In this document: piece by piece, positions 1-13,001 of the stretch
Position numbering within the stretch: position 1 is the first letter of the stretch
Layout: each line of letters starts with the position of its first letter
Assembly: GCF_006345805.1 (NCBI RefSeq)
Contig: NC_043002.1
Location: 58,528,001 to 58,592,000, forward strand
Origin: Octopus sinensis
Lineage: Eukaryota
DNA: 64,000 nucleotides
Reading direction: 5' to 3'
Translations under genes and position numbers: made by a program
Notes under the pieces: model-generated
Told to the model about the DNA's origin: nothing
Databases searched by the model: none
Seen by the model: only the letters and a program-made list of their open reading frames with translations

Positions 1-3000
1 ATTTCCTTTTATTGCAAAATATGTACCAAATTCAATAAAATTATGAAGGTTATTCTGATTACTATGCATAAAATACAAAATATTTTGTTTTTGTAGATTA
101 GGTAGGCAAAATTCACCCCTGCCTTTCAATCTCTGTATTTAAGCTACACATAGTAATGTTGTAGTAGACATGCTGCATACACTCCTACGACGACATTTTC
201 TTAACGTGCTATAAAAGCAGAGGTAAATCTGCCTTCAACTCAGTTACATGCCTGTATTTTGCTTATTTTTTGCATTTTACTACATAAAGGTCACCAATTG
301 CCTACCCCGAGTAATTACTGATGGCACATGCCTGATTATATATATATATATATATATTTATAAATGTATGTATGTATGTAGATGAAGAACCACAGTAGAT
401 GGCGCCAGCTGCCCATGTAACAGGGCAGTAATTCCAATGAACTGATACAGAATTGAGGAATACCTTCGTCCTTTCTGGTGCCAATGGTAGGTTAAACTAT
501 ACACCCAGCAGACTTTACAAAGTGATCTGACAAGACGAAAAGCCATATAAAGGCCATGCTAAACATGGAACACCTGAGTGAGACATACATACTGAAAATC
601 ACATCAAGAGTTACCCAACTAAAGCAGAAAACCCCAAAGAACTGGTGCATATACATGTATATGCACATTCCTCCATGTATATACATACACACTATGAAAG
701 GAGAATGGCTGGGAAAAGTTACCCAAGGATATACATGCTGCATAAATCTTTGTGAAGTCAGTGCAAGTATACTTGAGGTAACAAGTCAATATATTTTAAG
801 TAAACCTTAATGATGAGGGCAATCTAAAGGGAGCAGGAATGCTCCAAATAAAACACATGTGTGTGTGTGTGTCTGCACTCAGGAGAATGAGTTTACTACA
901 TTGTGGACAACTCCAGGAATGTTTCAGCCTTATTTGACCTCAGCAGCAGAGCTTCTGACAACTAGAGTTTCTTTTTAATTGAAATGCAGGTGTGGTGTAG
1001 TAACTTATCAAAATGACTGGAAAATATACATCATGGAAAGAAAATTATTAGATGGGTCATAAGCCAATAAAGATTCGTCGATATATGCTAAGAATGAAGA
1101 ACCAAAAATATTAAAAGTATGTCTAGGTAGATTCAATGAAATGAGGTAATGATTGAGGGTTGATTTGTACAGATGATGATGAAATACATGAACTAACCTA
1201 GAATGTGGTGGCTGTATGACCCAATTTCGATTTCTACATAAAAATACCTGAAATTATTAAAGCTCTTGGGAGAGGTAGAAATGTCACAACCTCTTCCCCT
1301 CCTCCTGGATTTTGCAAGACAAGTTTTTAGTCTTCTTTTAAATAATTTCAGTTATAACTACCTAAGGCTCAGAAATTTATAAATATCAATTGACTGCTAT
1401 TTTACTTCAAAAATACATCATACCTATGGAAAGAAAAATAAACTAAGACAGAACGAAGAAAGGCGGGGAGAGAGAGACAGACGGACAGAGAGAAAAACAA
1501 ATAGAAAAAACGAAGAGAAGAAAGAAGCGTGAGAGGGAGAAAAGGACAGAGGGGTAAAAGTCTTGGTATGAAACAGGACTTTAATTAAAAACCATGGGTG
1601 GACGTAGCCACTACAACATAAGAAGCAATTACTTAATCGTGTTTAGGTTTATAATTATTCTGTTAAAACGACATCGTGGAAATGCTATTTGAATCATCAT
1701 GCATCAAAAAAACGAAAGGCTTTTAAACTTCCGAGGTCGATTAAATGAAATACATAGCCTAGAGATTTATAGCGACATAAGTACAGTTTAGAGTCCCCAT
1801 CCTCCGATTCATAACTTTCTGAAAAATGCATGTTTTAAAATGAAATTATGGAGAGAGATGTTTTCGAGGGTGTAGATTAAAACCGTATTGATAAATCGGA
1901 GGAGTGGGGTATTGGCTCCCGACTTTGTTGTCATCAATTTCCGTAATCTTTTGTTTCAGCCATGAGGTTACAGATTCAATTTTTTCTAAAATTTTAGATT
2001 ATGTAATTTTTTGGAAACGTATTTCTGTTAAATGTCATTAAAAAAAATATACATTTTAAAGTAATGAGTTATGAGGAAATACTCAAGGGGTGTGGAGGAG
2101 GAGAGAATGATCCAAAACTCCTTAAAAAAAAATATCAACACAATCGTAATATACACACTTGAAAACAGTTGTTTTCAAAAGTTATATTTAAGTAAAAACG
2201 ATTTTATACAGAAACTCATGAAGAAACAAAGCGGTGGGGGAGGCACGAAAGTGTAGTTATGCCAATGTTGTATTACAAAGAGGTCTGTTTGAACTTAGAG
2301 GAGATAGATAAAATGAATTGGAGATATCTTTCACAGATTAAGTGACTGTTGCTACGGTAAAAAACTTATACATATATATGTACACACACACACACAAAAA
2401 GGTAAATGTGATTATCACGCTCGAGCAGTATTTAGTGAGGATGTTTCGTGTTCAAATCCTATCCTCAGTTGGTTTTTCTCTTTCTTTTTTCTGCAGTCGG
2501 TAAAAATAAGATTCCAGTTCATATAAACCGGTTATAGCACCCTTTGCCTCAAAAACTGCATATTTCCGTGTTCCTAACTGTGGCAGAGTTTCTTCCAAAA
2601 TCTTCCTTAGAGGATATTGAAAATACTCTAGGAACAATGTCAACCATTTTGAGGGGCGGGGTTAAGTTGATTACAGCGACCCAAGTACTCAATTGGTACG
2701 AATTTTATCGATTCCAAAGGGATGAAAGACAAAATCGACCTCGGCGGAATTTGACCTCAGAACGAAAGCCAGAAGGAATACTGTGAATTATTTTGCCAGC
2801 TCAATAATAACAACAACAATAATGTTTTTGTTTCCTTTCAAAACACCGGAATATGATATAGTGAGAGGGTATCAAGTAACAGGCTCAAACCGGAATATAC
2901 AAATACACACACACATAATGTACATATATACACACACAGACATATATATATGTACACACACACACACACATATATATATATATGTATATATATGTACACA

Positions 3001-3583
3001 CACACACACATATATATATATATATGTATATATATATGTACACCACACACACATATATATATATATATGTATATATATATGTACACACACACATATATAT
3101 ATATATGTACACACACGCACATATATATCAGAGGTAACCAATGTAAAACTTGCTTCAACAAAAACACCGTTTAATATTCAAATCGCTGTAAATAACGAGA
3201 CGGCACGGAAAAAAACTGAAAAACATACGCCCAACTCTAACATGGCCCAAGAAACTCAGAACAGATAGTCAAACTAAAGGGTTTGACCCGAGCAATAAAA
3301 AGAAAAAGCAACGAGAGGCTATGACATTCACCATGCTTTTTTAATGAGTCATAAATGATTTAAATAAACAACCGCAGAACGATAAAGAGCTAAGTCGACC
3401 TCGCTACGATTTGAACTCAGAACGTAAAGCAGCGTAATTAAAATACAACAAAGTACTATGACCGGTGCTCCGTCCACTATCACACCCATTAACGTTGACC
3501 TTTTTGATGTCCTATGGAAATCACTGTCTTCGTTTCAATTAATTTTGGAAACAAAGAATTTAGTAAAATAACTTTTATCAAAC

Positions 3584-3810
3584 AGGCGCAAGGCGACGAG
3601 CTGGTATAGCATCGTTAGCAACACCGAACAAAAATGCTTACCGGCATTTCGTCCCTCTTGACGTTCTGAGTTCAGTTTCCGCCGAGCTCGCCTTTGTCTT
3701 TCAACCCTTCAGGAGGCGGCGGGGGAGGGGTCGATCAAATAAGAACCAGTTGTGCACTGGAGTCCATGTAATTGACATACTCCTCCCTTAAAATTGCTAG
3801 ACTTGTACCG
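3584..3810 (+). mobile_element. SINE family A (tRNA-like head), diverged copy
   Basis: AAGGCGACGAGCTGG...GTTCTGAGTTCAGTTTCCGCCGAG... matches the family repeated throughout the window. Further copies or fragments lie near 2680-2800(-) and 4403-4620(+). Confidence 0.75.
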
Positions 3811-4879
3811 CTTGGGAAATTGGAAATTTCAATTGAAGGTTTTATTTTCGACCACTTTCAAAAAGTAGTTTGTATCGGAAAAACAAAGGGTGATCCCGAG
3901 TCGGTGAGCATCAAGCCCAGATCTTGACTGGCACTTTAATTTTATTGACCCTCCAGGAACATAAAAGAGGAAGATCGAAACTATGATGATAATGATAATA
4001 GTTTTTCTTTTTTTTTTTTCTCATATATAAACACTGACATGAATGAAACAAAAGTTGGAGATCGAAAAAATCGTTACTGCTTCAGTGTTGCGGTTTGCAG
4101 AAAACCCACTTCATTGAACCAACGACAAAAATAATGATTCTCTGATAATTAGCACAATCTATAAAAGTGGGTGGTAGGGAACAGAACAGAATTCACCACC
4201 ATCACATAAAAACGACAGATCATTCTGGAAATATTGACACAAAATTATCGGAAAGAAAGACTAAACTGAAAGGTCAGAGCCTTGGATTCTATTATTACTA
4301 GTTATAGAAATTTCGTTTTACACCATAACTTTGGAAGAGACAGACAGAAGAAACGGTTAGGCACCGACCTAAATTCCTTACAATATTTTTTCATTATTTC
4401 AAAAGGTGTCGTGCTGGCTGAATCGGTAAGCACGCCGGACAAAATACTTATCGGCGTTTCGTCCGTATTTACGTTCTGAGTTCAAATTCCGCCGAGGTCG
4501 ACTTTAGCTTTCATCCTTTCGGGGGTCTATAAATTAAGTGCCAGTTACGCACTGGGGTCGATGCAATCAACTGGCATCCGCCCACAAAACTGCTGTCCTT
4601 GTGACAAAATATGAAAACATTATCATCATCACCATTTCGATAGTACAACTGTAATAAATCTGAGGTCTACTGTATGGTGGAAGGGAGGGGGTCGCTCGGT
4701 ATGAAAATAAAATGACACACCAGACAATGTAATTTGAAAAGACGGAGTTGTCACATCCGGAACGTCTGATCAAATATCTGCTTGATAGGCGTTGGCCTGG
4801 GGTTAAACAACATGTCTATTACTTTTTAAACTTTTCTTTCCAGACTCAAACGATTATATCAGTCAAAAGTGTAGTCTAG

Positions 4880-5600
4880 CGCCGAAGCACCTAAAGCGTT
4901 CCAGCTGTGACCATCCAGTCTTTTTCCAAGAACTTCGTAAACCAATGCCCTTCCGCATGTAAGACAACCAGGTCGGATTTGAAGAAGATTTGGCTGCTAT
5001 TTCTACCCGCTCAAGCGACTGCATAGAGGCGTTATAGCTGAGTATTGGATGGTCATTATTTTTTTTACGTTCTGAGTTCAAATTCCGCCGAGGTCGACCA
5101 CATGATTAGGAAAGCCAGCGTCTTACCCACACAGCCACGCCTGCGCCTTAAGTTATTTTGATAATTATCGAACACAAAAGATGACAATCATAATAATATT
5201 TATTATAATCTAAAGGAGTTTGACCGCAGATCAATCCTCACAGAACAGACTCATGATCAAAAGAATTCCAGTCGTGACCACTGCATTTTTTTCTTTTTTC
5301 AACCTTTGCAACTAAATATATCGAATGTGCTCTTCAATGGAGTGCAATTGGAAAGAAATCTAGCTGCTACTTCTAGCAAGGTCAACGACAACAAGAGACT
5401 CTCCTAGACTGGTTTACAATCTTAAAACCTAATATCAAAGGTTTCCTAACCGTGACTAACATGTTTTTCTTTGTTTTTGTTTTTTTGTAGAGCAAGGATC
5501 ATCAACAATGTTCAATGTATCATTGATGATCGTTGGATGTGATCAGAATGAGATCTGACTGCTATTTCTAGCAGTTCGCGCAACCGTGTAGCAGTGTCTT
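4880..5600. repeat. Three degenerate copies of an old interspersed repeat (…TCCAG.CGTGACCA…GCTGCTATTTCTAGCA…)
   Basis: Variants of the motif GCTGCTATTTCTA(G/C)C occur near 4995, 5363 and 5560, with a preceding TCCAG..GTGACCA block near 4900 and 5267. Confidence 0.5.
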
Positions 5601-6960
5601 CCTCACTGGCTCGCATAGGAGTGAAAATATATACACACACATATACATAAACACACGCACGAACACAATTTTCCATTCATGTAACAAACTGGTTGCTGAT
5701 ATACGAGTAGTATAGGTGATGGCGGCGGTGGCGGAGTATTAATTTCTGTTTTGACAGTAGCTGGAAGGAGGGGGGAGAAGTAAGAGGACTGCAATGTACT
5801 ACAACTAGCAGCAGCCGGTATAGACCAAGGCACGAAACCCAACCAACAGGTAGCAAGTGAAAACAGACAAATTACTACAAGTTTAAAGGGACAGAGAAAG
5901 AAGTCTCCAGGCGCTTGAGGACCCCGAAACACCAAGAAAGGGATCTGCAAAAAACACAGGAAAAATGGAGATTATAAATACTATTTTGCTCGTATCAGTG
6001 TCTTGTTACTCTGAATTTTGGCTTACGGGTGACACAGTCTCCGGGACAAGTTACGACAAGAGACAAACTAAAATATTAATCTCTAAAACAGTATCGAGTG
6101 TTTTCTTTCTTTCCACAGTCAACATTAAAATGATACATATATATAAGACCCGTGAAGCGGACGGGTTCTCCTGATAGGGCCTCTAGTTATCGTACTAATG
6201 TATACTCTACATAGTTGTGTATTAAGGTCCTCATAAGCTTTTCCAGATCTATACCGAGTCCACACACCCTCGATTATACGTTGACAGTACTTCTTTTTTT
6301 CTCTCCAAGTTTTATTTATTTGCAATTACTAATATCGCATCAGGCTTTTCCGACACGCATCACCTTACAATAAAAGACAGAGACAGGTGCTTAAACTATT
6401 GCCTTTTATATTTTAACATCCTCATAGTGAAACCTATTTAAAAAAAAAAATTAATTGCCTCAAAATAGCTTAATCAAACTTAATATAAAAAAAGTTTTTT
6501 TTCCCCGAGTGACGGGAACAATTTTGCAAGAAATATTTTTTTCACTTTTACTATTATTACCGGATTAGTTTTTAGTGATTGACAAGATTTCTTAATGAAA
6601 GACTAAGGTGTGTCAGTAAATAAATATATAAATATATGTATAGATTATACACACACATATGAAATATATTCGACATAAAAGTAATTAACAAGTAAATCAG
6701 AGAGTGGGAAGTAAATGCTATGTCCCTTCTAACTTACTAATAACCTATTCTACACGCATACATACCTATGTGTGTATATATACACCTACCTACCTAAGTG
6801 AAAGGAAGAAAAGGCTTGTTCTCTGACTCATCCAGACAACTACTTCAAGATGGCCTCCACCGACCAACAACGAAAACGACAACCTATACACAGTTTACAT
6901 ACATATAAATATATATATAACCACACATCTAAATACAGTACATTTGCCTTTACACACATA

Positions 6961-7008
<48 letters not shown>

Positions 7009-7187
7009 TACGCAGACTGATGTGATGTGAATAATTATACGTATCGATGTGTATATATATCATGCGTATTGATGTGGTGCATATACACAACATATTGACG
7101 TGTATGCATAATTATACATACACATACAAACACTGATTTGTGTGCATACAAACTTTGATATTTATGCAGACATACAAACATATATAC

Positions 7188-7220
<33 letters not shown>

Positions 7221-7347
7221 CAAAGTGATATGTAAATATACACACGTAATAATATGAATATATGCATACACAAAAATGTGGATATACACATAGTAAGGCA
7301 TGTATGTAAGTATTATGTTATGAATATATGCACAGTAATGTATCTGC

Positions 7348-7391
<44 letters not shown>

Positions 7392-7507
7392 CATCGACAA
7401 CTAGACATACAATTACAACCAGATAGCCTCTGCAAAATTCCAAGTTGAGGACCAACAAGGGAGAGCGAGAAAGACAAAACATTAATAACAATAACAAAAT
7501 TTCTTAC

Positions 7508-7591
7508 CCGCGTAAATCCGAACAGTTCCTTTTTCAATCGCTCTCGTTCTTCACTATCCTTCGAATGGTTTTTCTTCAGAAATTTCAACAT
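7508..7591 (-). CDS. lgl: First coding exon of a lethal(2) giant larvae (Lgl/LLGL) homologue; whole exon about 7508-7664 including 73 nt upstream of the ATG
   Basis: ATG at 7591 reads MLKFLKKNHSKDSEERERLKKELFGFTR and ends at a strong phase-0 donor CGG|GTAAGA. The upstream acceptor is ...tctctacatatccAG|G at 7665/7664. The peptide matches remembered N-termini of Drosophila Lgl (MLKFIRG...RLQKDLFAYRK) and human LLGL1/2 (...REKLKQELFAFNK / RERLKRDLFQFNK). The expected next exon (T.xHGFP) is not seen in 1-7500. Confidence 0.85.
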
Positions 7592-8005
7592 TGTGTGTGG
7601 TGTGACACCAGTGGCAGACGGCGACAAAAAAAGAAACTGTTTTGTTTGTGTTAAAGGTGCAGACCTGGATATGTAGAGATATAAATTGGGTAAAATATTT
7701 TTTTAAAAAATAGATAGAGAGGTAGGTTGGTAGTTAGGTAATTGTGGTGGTGGTAGAAGTAGTAATAGTGATAAAGGTGGTAGCAATGACAGTAGATAGA
7801 GTAAGAGGAGAGAAAGAAGAAAGGGGGAGGAGAAATATAATGAGAGAGTAAGTGAATGAAAAGGACGAATGAGAGAGTGTAATTGAAGGCGAAGAGTGAG
7901 AGATGGAAAGTGAATGAACGGAAAGAGTGGGAGAGCAGTAGATAGAAATAGATGAGAGGCAGAGAGAGTGAAAGTAAGTCAATAAAATAGCGTGAGAAAG
8001 AAGGA

Positions 8006-8160
8006 GAGCAATGAGAAAGGGTGAAAGAATGAATATGAGGGGTGAGTGATGAGAAAGAGTGAGAAAATGAATAAGAGGGGTGAGCGATGAGAAAGGGTGA
8101 GAGAACGAATAAGTGGAGGTGAGCGATGAGAAAGGGTGATAGAATGAAAGAGAGGGGGTA
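8006..8160. repeat. Purine-rich minisatellite, about 38-bp unit x4
   Basis: GAGCGATGAGAAAGGGTGAGAGAA.GAATAAG.GGGGT repeats four times with substitutions. Confidence 0.75.
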
Positions 8161-11100
8161 AGAGAACTCTTTAGTAAAGTAAGGTAAGAAATGTAAATAT
8201 GGCCACGGCTGTAGTAGAAACTGTCGGCTACCGTTGAGGAAGCCGGGAAGTAATAAAGGCAGAGTAAATGAGAGAGATACAAGTAGGAGTTGGAGGACGG
8301 AAAGTAGAGAGTTAAAGAAATAGAGAAGGGAGATTAAGCAGGGAAAGATTAAAGAGGACAGTATGAGAGAAAAGAGAACATGAAAACTACCCTAAGGCGG
8401 CCCAACTACATCTCTATATATTAATGATAGACAGGTTTTTTGACAAAAGAAAATATAAAACTGTGAAATAATAATTAATCATAGCTGTCTATTTGAAATA
8501 TTCGGGCGATCTAGCGAACTTTGTACATGTGTGTCCTCCAGAGGAAAGAGTTTAAAATATTTGAGTATGCGTTGTGTGTATATGGTTTCTTAGTTATTGA
8601 GGTTTTTGTCTTTTTAAATTAACATTGGAAAGTCAAACATCTACTCCATCGATATGATTTTAAGAAAATCTCATTTGTCAGGAACAAGCGAAAAATACCG
8701 ATTTTTAAAAATAATAGAGCAGATGTGTAAACACAGAAGCAAAATGTGAAAGATAGCTAGAGACAGGAAGAGATACACAGATAATAATATTGAAAATTCG
8801 GCTAATACATAGTAGAGACAGAGAAGAATGTAGTAACCCTCGGTGTATATATTTAACATTCATCATTAAACGATGATTTCATGATAACAATAAAATTCCT
8901 AAATCAAATCAAGTTTAATTAGTTGTAACTTACGTGATTGCAAGCTTAAATATATTCCTTAGAAAGAACAGGATAAAGTGCACAGCTAGATTCCAAATAT
9001 GCGCCTAACACAACAACACCACAGCTCTACATACAACTTCTGAGTCGCGGGCTCTCTTTCTCTTCTTACAGTCCCCCTCTCTCTCTCTTTATCTTTCTAT
9101 CTACCTCACTATTTCTCTCTTACTATTTCTTCCTCTACATCACTCTCTCTTACTCTTTTTCTTTCTTTCTCTCTCTTTGTGCGCGCAAACTAGCTATCAC
9201 ACTTCACATCATAAAATCGAATATAACATCAAGTTTATTTTACTGAGAATTACAAAAAAATCGTTAGATAGGTTAAACATATATTTCTTATACCGTTTGA
9301 CGCTTATTTTTTTGTCAATTTGTCATCGAAATACAGAGGACTATATATTTCGCAGTCGTAGTATTAATGCGCTAAGCATTTAAAGCAACGACCACATGTC
9401 TGGAAGGGAGCCCTTTTAAAAAGAGTTGTATTTAGCTGAAGGCTGTTACGTTACCCCTAATTCTAGCTTTCCTTTCTCTCTATGAAGGGATTTGAAATTT
9501 TTTCTTTTTTATTTTGATTGCCGCGCTCTATTTTTATAAGCCAATAGGGAAAGTGTACGCGATATGTGGTGACTAATCTTTTCAAAAATATTTGGACAAT
9601 TATGTTTATTATATATTCTCAGGAGCTTTAGTTCAATTCAAGACCAGCTGTTGCCTGTGACTGCCTGACCTTACTACAAGTTTATTTCATACCGATCATC
9701 ACAATACATGCTCTAATTTTTGAAGTTCTCTCTTATTCATTTTGAAAGGCGCTCCAAGTTGACATACGAAAATTTTATTTTAAAAGAATAAGTGTTTTTA
9801 TTTCAAATATTGCCGGGTTCAACTTCAGCTTTCATCCTTTCGAGGGTCGCTTAAATGAAATACGAGCCAATCGATTAACTCTTTCCCCACCGAATTTCAG
9901 ACATTGTGCCGTTGTTAAAAGCAATAATTAAGTTCGATATTAAATCATTATTAATCACCTATCAAAATTTAATCGTCACTTGAAACGATTCAAGAGATAT
10001 CACTGTATGCAAGATATGACTTATTCGAGATCTTATAGAACAATAAAGACAACCGCCAAAGTGAAATAGTGTAGCATAAACAGCGTTTATTTCCTGTCTG
10101 CTACTAAAATATGTCAATCTAATTAAAGTAGCGCTGATTAACAGAAGCAATTCACAGACCTCGGTATTTTAATAAAATTTTAATGCGTATGCAATAAAAT
10201 ATACATAGCTATTTAATAACACTACCCGACGAGTAGTTTCTATAACTTTTTTTTTTCCTGGTGAACTGTGTCCATGTAGTTTCGATCATAAGCAGTTACA
10301 AATGTAGCTGAGAAAAGCATGAATGTCCTGTAATCTCATTTCCACTTTTATTTTATTGTGTAGCCTTGCGCTCATAAATGAATGCTGAGTAAAAAAATGT
10401 TGTCGGCGTAATTTGATGACAGTCAAGTAAAATAAGTACAAATTGTTATTCAGTATAGATATTTGATAAACCATATTCTGTAAGAAAGGTTGTTAAGGGT
10501 GATCAGTTGGAGATATTTATCGAAGACTTGAGTCAGTAACATCTCTGTGCGTCGGCAGCCAAAGCACACAACTTTCAATGGCCCAATCTACCTAACTGCA
10601 AAAGAGACGTATGTTTCGTCAGCTTGTATACTAAGTTCCACGCCGCCTCCCTTAGAGACGTCTGGCTTGCCTTGGATACACTGCATGGAAACGAAGCCTT
10701 TTAGTGTTGACTCTTACAACAGAAAATACTACGAGACACAGCCTGAGGGTATGGGGGGAGAACAGTCGTCAGAACGAAAAGGCTGAATCGATAAGATATT
10801 TTTGAGTATGAAGAGTTTAAATCCAGGTGTTCTGGTGTGTGTCTATATGCAGAATATATAGAAGCGCTGGCTCGAGAGAACAGATACCTGGCTATTCTAA
10901 GAAAATTACCTGCATTGAACAAGCGATCTGCTCAAATGGAAATTTATCTCCAGTTCGTTTAACACTGCAGAAACCATTGTTAAATGCAGACATAACAGAG
11001 TGCGTCTATATATTTATTCATTTATTCACTCTTTTCATTAGTTTCCTGTTTAATGGTGTCGATCATTGAAATGTAGCAACGCTGAGCACCGCCTCCAGAC

Positions 11101-11271
11101 CGACTGCAGTATTCATTTCGATCTGGTACTTTGACGATACTATTTGTCGAATCGCTAGATTGAGGGATATAAAGAAGCTCAGTATAAACACACACATACA
11201 TACACGCGCGCACATAGACACACCTGCGCGCGCGTACACACATGAATATGCACCTCTTGATGTGTGTGTGT

Positions 11272-12085
11272 TGGCGCAGGCGTGGCTGTGCGGTAAGACG
11301 TTTCACAACCACACGGTTCCGGGTTCAGTCCCACTACGTGGCACCTAGGGCATGTGTCTTCTACTACAGCCTCGGGCCGGTCAAAACTTTGTAAGCGGAT
11401 TTACTAGACGGAAACTGAAAGAAGCTCGTCGTAAATATGTGTGTGTGTGTGTGCGTGCGTGCGTATGTGTGCGTGTGTATGTGTGTGTGTTTGTGTCTGT
11501 GTTTGTGCCCCACCACCGCTTGACAACCGGAGTTAGTGTGTTTACGTCCCGTAACTTAGCGTTTCGGAAAAAAGAGAACGGTAGGATAAGTAACAGGCTT
11601 TAACAAAAAATAAATATTGGGCTCGATTCATAGGACTAAAATCCTTCAAGACAGTGCCCTAGCATGGTCACATCCTAATGAGTAAAACAGGGAAAAGATG
11701 AAAGAAAGGATACATACATAGTCGCAGGCATGGCTATGTGGTAAGAAGCTTGCTTACCAACCACATGATTCCAGGTTCAGTCCCGCTGCTCGGCACCTTG
11801 GGTAGATGTCTTCTAGTATAGCCCCGGGGCTGACCAGTCTTGTGAGTGGATTTGGTAGAAAGAACTGAAAGAAGCCCGTCGTATATATGTATATATTTGA
11901 GTGTTTGTGTTTGTCCCCCACCACCACTACCACCATCGCTTGACAACCGATGTTGGTGTGTGCTTACGTCCCCGTAACTTAGCGGTTAAGAAACCGATAG
12001 AATAAGTCCTGGGGTCGATTTGTCCGATTAAAGGCGGTTCACCAGCGTGGCCGCAGTCAAATGACTGAAACAAGTAAAAGAAAAT
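11272..12085 (+). mobile_element. Two tandem SINE family B copies (tRNA-like head, central GT/AT microsatellite, conserved tail)
   Basis: Head GGCGCAGGCGTGGCTGTGCGGTAAG...GGGTTCAGTCCC...GACGGAAACTGAAAGAAGC, then (TG)n, then tail GCTTGACAACCG...TACGTCCCCGTAACTTAGCGG...GCCGCAGTCAAATGACTGAAACAAGTAAAAGA. Confidence 0.85.
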
Positions 12086-12112
12086 ATAAAAGAATACATA
12101 CATTATACATAC

Positions 12113-12190
12113 ATTTGGATTTAGGTTAGAAACCGGTTGTTTCTCTCTTGGCAAGAAATCTTGAAAGAAACTGAATAATGACATACATAC
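12113..12190 (+). mobile_element. 5'-truncated 3' end of the RLE LINE seen at 51775-52705
   Basis: TAGGTTAGAAACCGGTTGTTTCTCTCTTGGCAAGAAATC...AACTGAATAATGACATACATAC matches the reverse complement of 51773-51845. Confidence 0.7.
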
Positions 12191-12404
12191 ATATACTTAT
12201 ATATACATATATATATATATACATTGACCGACCAGGCTATCAGATGTTGCTACACATCGCTGGTCACAATGCGCTTCGCATTGTTTTAGCCTTCAAATGA
12301 TGCCACCTCGCTGGCTAAGCAAGCAGGCCAACAGAAGAAAGAATGAGAGAAATAAATAAATAAGCGGGGTTTTTTGGTGGAGGGTACAAAAGGAAGTCTT
12401 GCCA

Positions 12405-12642
12405 TCATGAGTCCATGGCGACGACCCCGAAACCAAGGCTTGAAACAAATCTTACTTGAAAAGAACAAGATTCCAAGACGTCGAAGAAATCCCCGAGGAT
12501 GCAACGAGGCAGCTCACTCGCTTTCCCCAAAAAAAGGAGTTTCAGAAGGGGACTACTTCAAAGGAAATTAAATGCCAAATTGATATGTGCTGTAGTTTCC
12601 GTTTTATTGCATCAACCCGATACCCTTTGATCAGACCTCGTA
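12405..12642 (+). mobile_element. Internally deleted mariner relic (irritans-like)
   Basis: Peptide remnants are S*VHGDDPETKA (cf. WVYGYDPETK), KRTRFQDVEEIPEDATRQL and SEGDYFKGN*. The right terminal inverted repeat (TIR) TTTGATCAGACCTCG is followed by TA at 12641-12642. Confidence 0.7.
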
Positions 12643-12750
12643 TACCCCTATCCGTCTAAATGATTCAAAATACCAGCTACTGTAAGTTATTTCTCTTGAC
12701 GCATTTTCATTTCATTTTGGCAAATTACTTTATCAATGTACGTGTTCTCT

Positions 12751-13001
12751 AAGGCGGCGAGCTGGCGGAAACGTTAGCACGCCGGGCGAAATGCGTAGCC
12801 ATATTTCGTCTGCCGTTACGTTCTGAGTTCAAATTCCGCCGAGGTCGACTTTGCCTTTCATCCTTTCGGGATCGATAAATTAAGTACCAGTTACGCACTG
12901 GGGTCGATATAATCGACTTAATCCGTTTGTCTGTCCATGTTTGTCCTCTCTGTGTTTAGGCCCTTGTGGGTAGTAAAGAAATAGGTATTTCGTCTGCCGT
13001 T
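12751..13001 (+). mobile_element. SINE family A, near-consensus copy
   Basis: AAGGCGGCGAGCTGGCGGAAACGTTAGCACGCCGGGCGAAATGC...GTTCTGAGTTCAAATTCCGCCGAGGTCGACTTTGCCTTTCATCCTTTCGGG.TCGATAAATTAAGTACCAG; the head has A/B-box-like motifs. Confidence 0.9.

Noticed and set aside
10540-10990. Complex unique sequence with short ORFs (similar blocks at 380-1330, 37250-37600, 42900-43500, 60360-60750)
   Set aside because: No recognisable motifs or splice-bounded frames; probably ancient TE debris, but a call cannot be supported.
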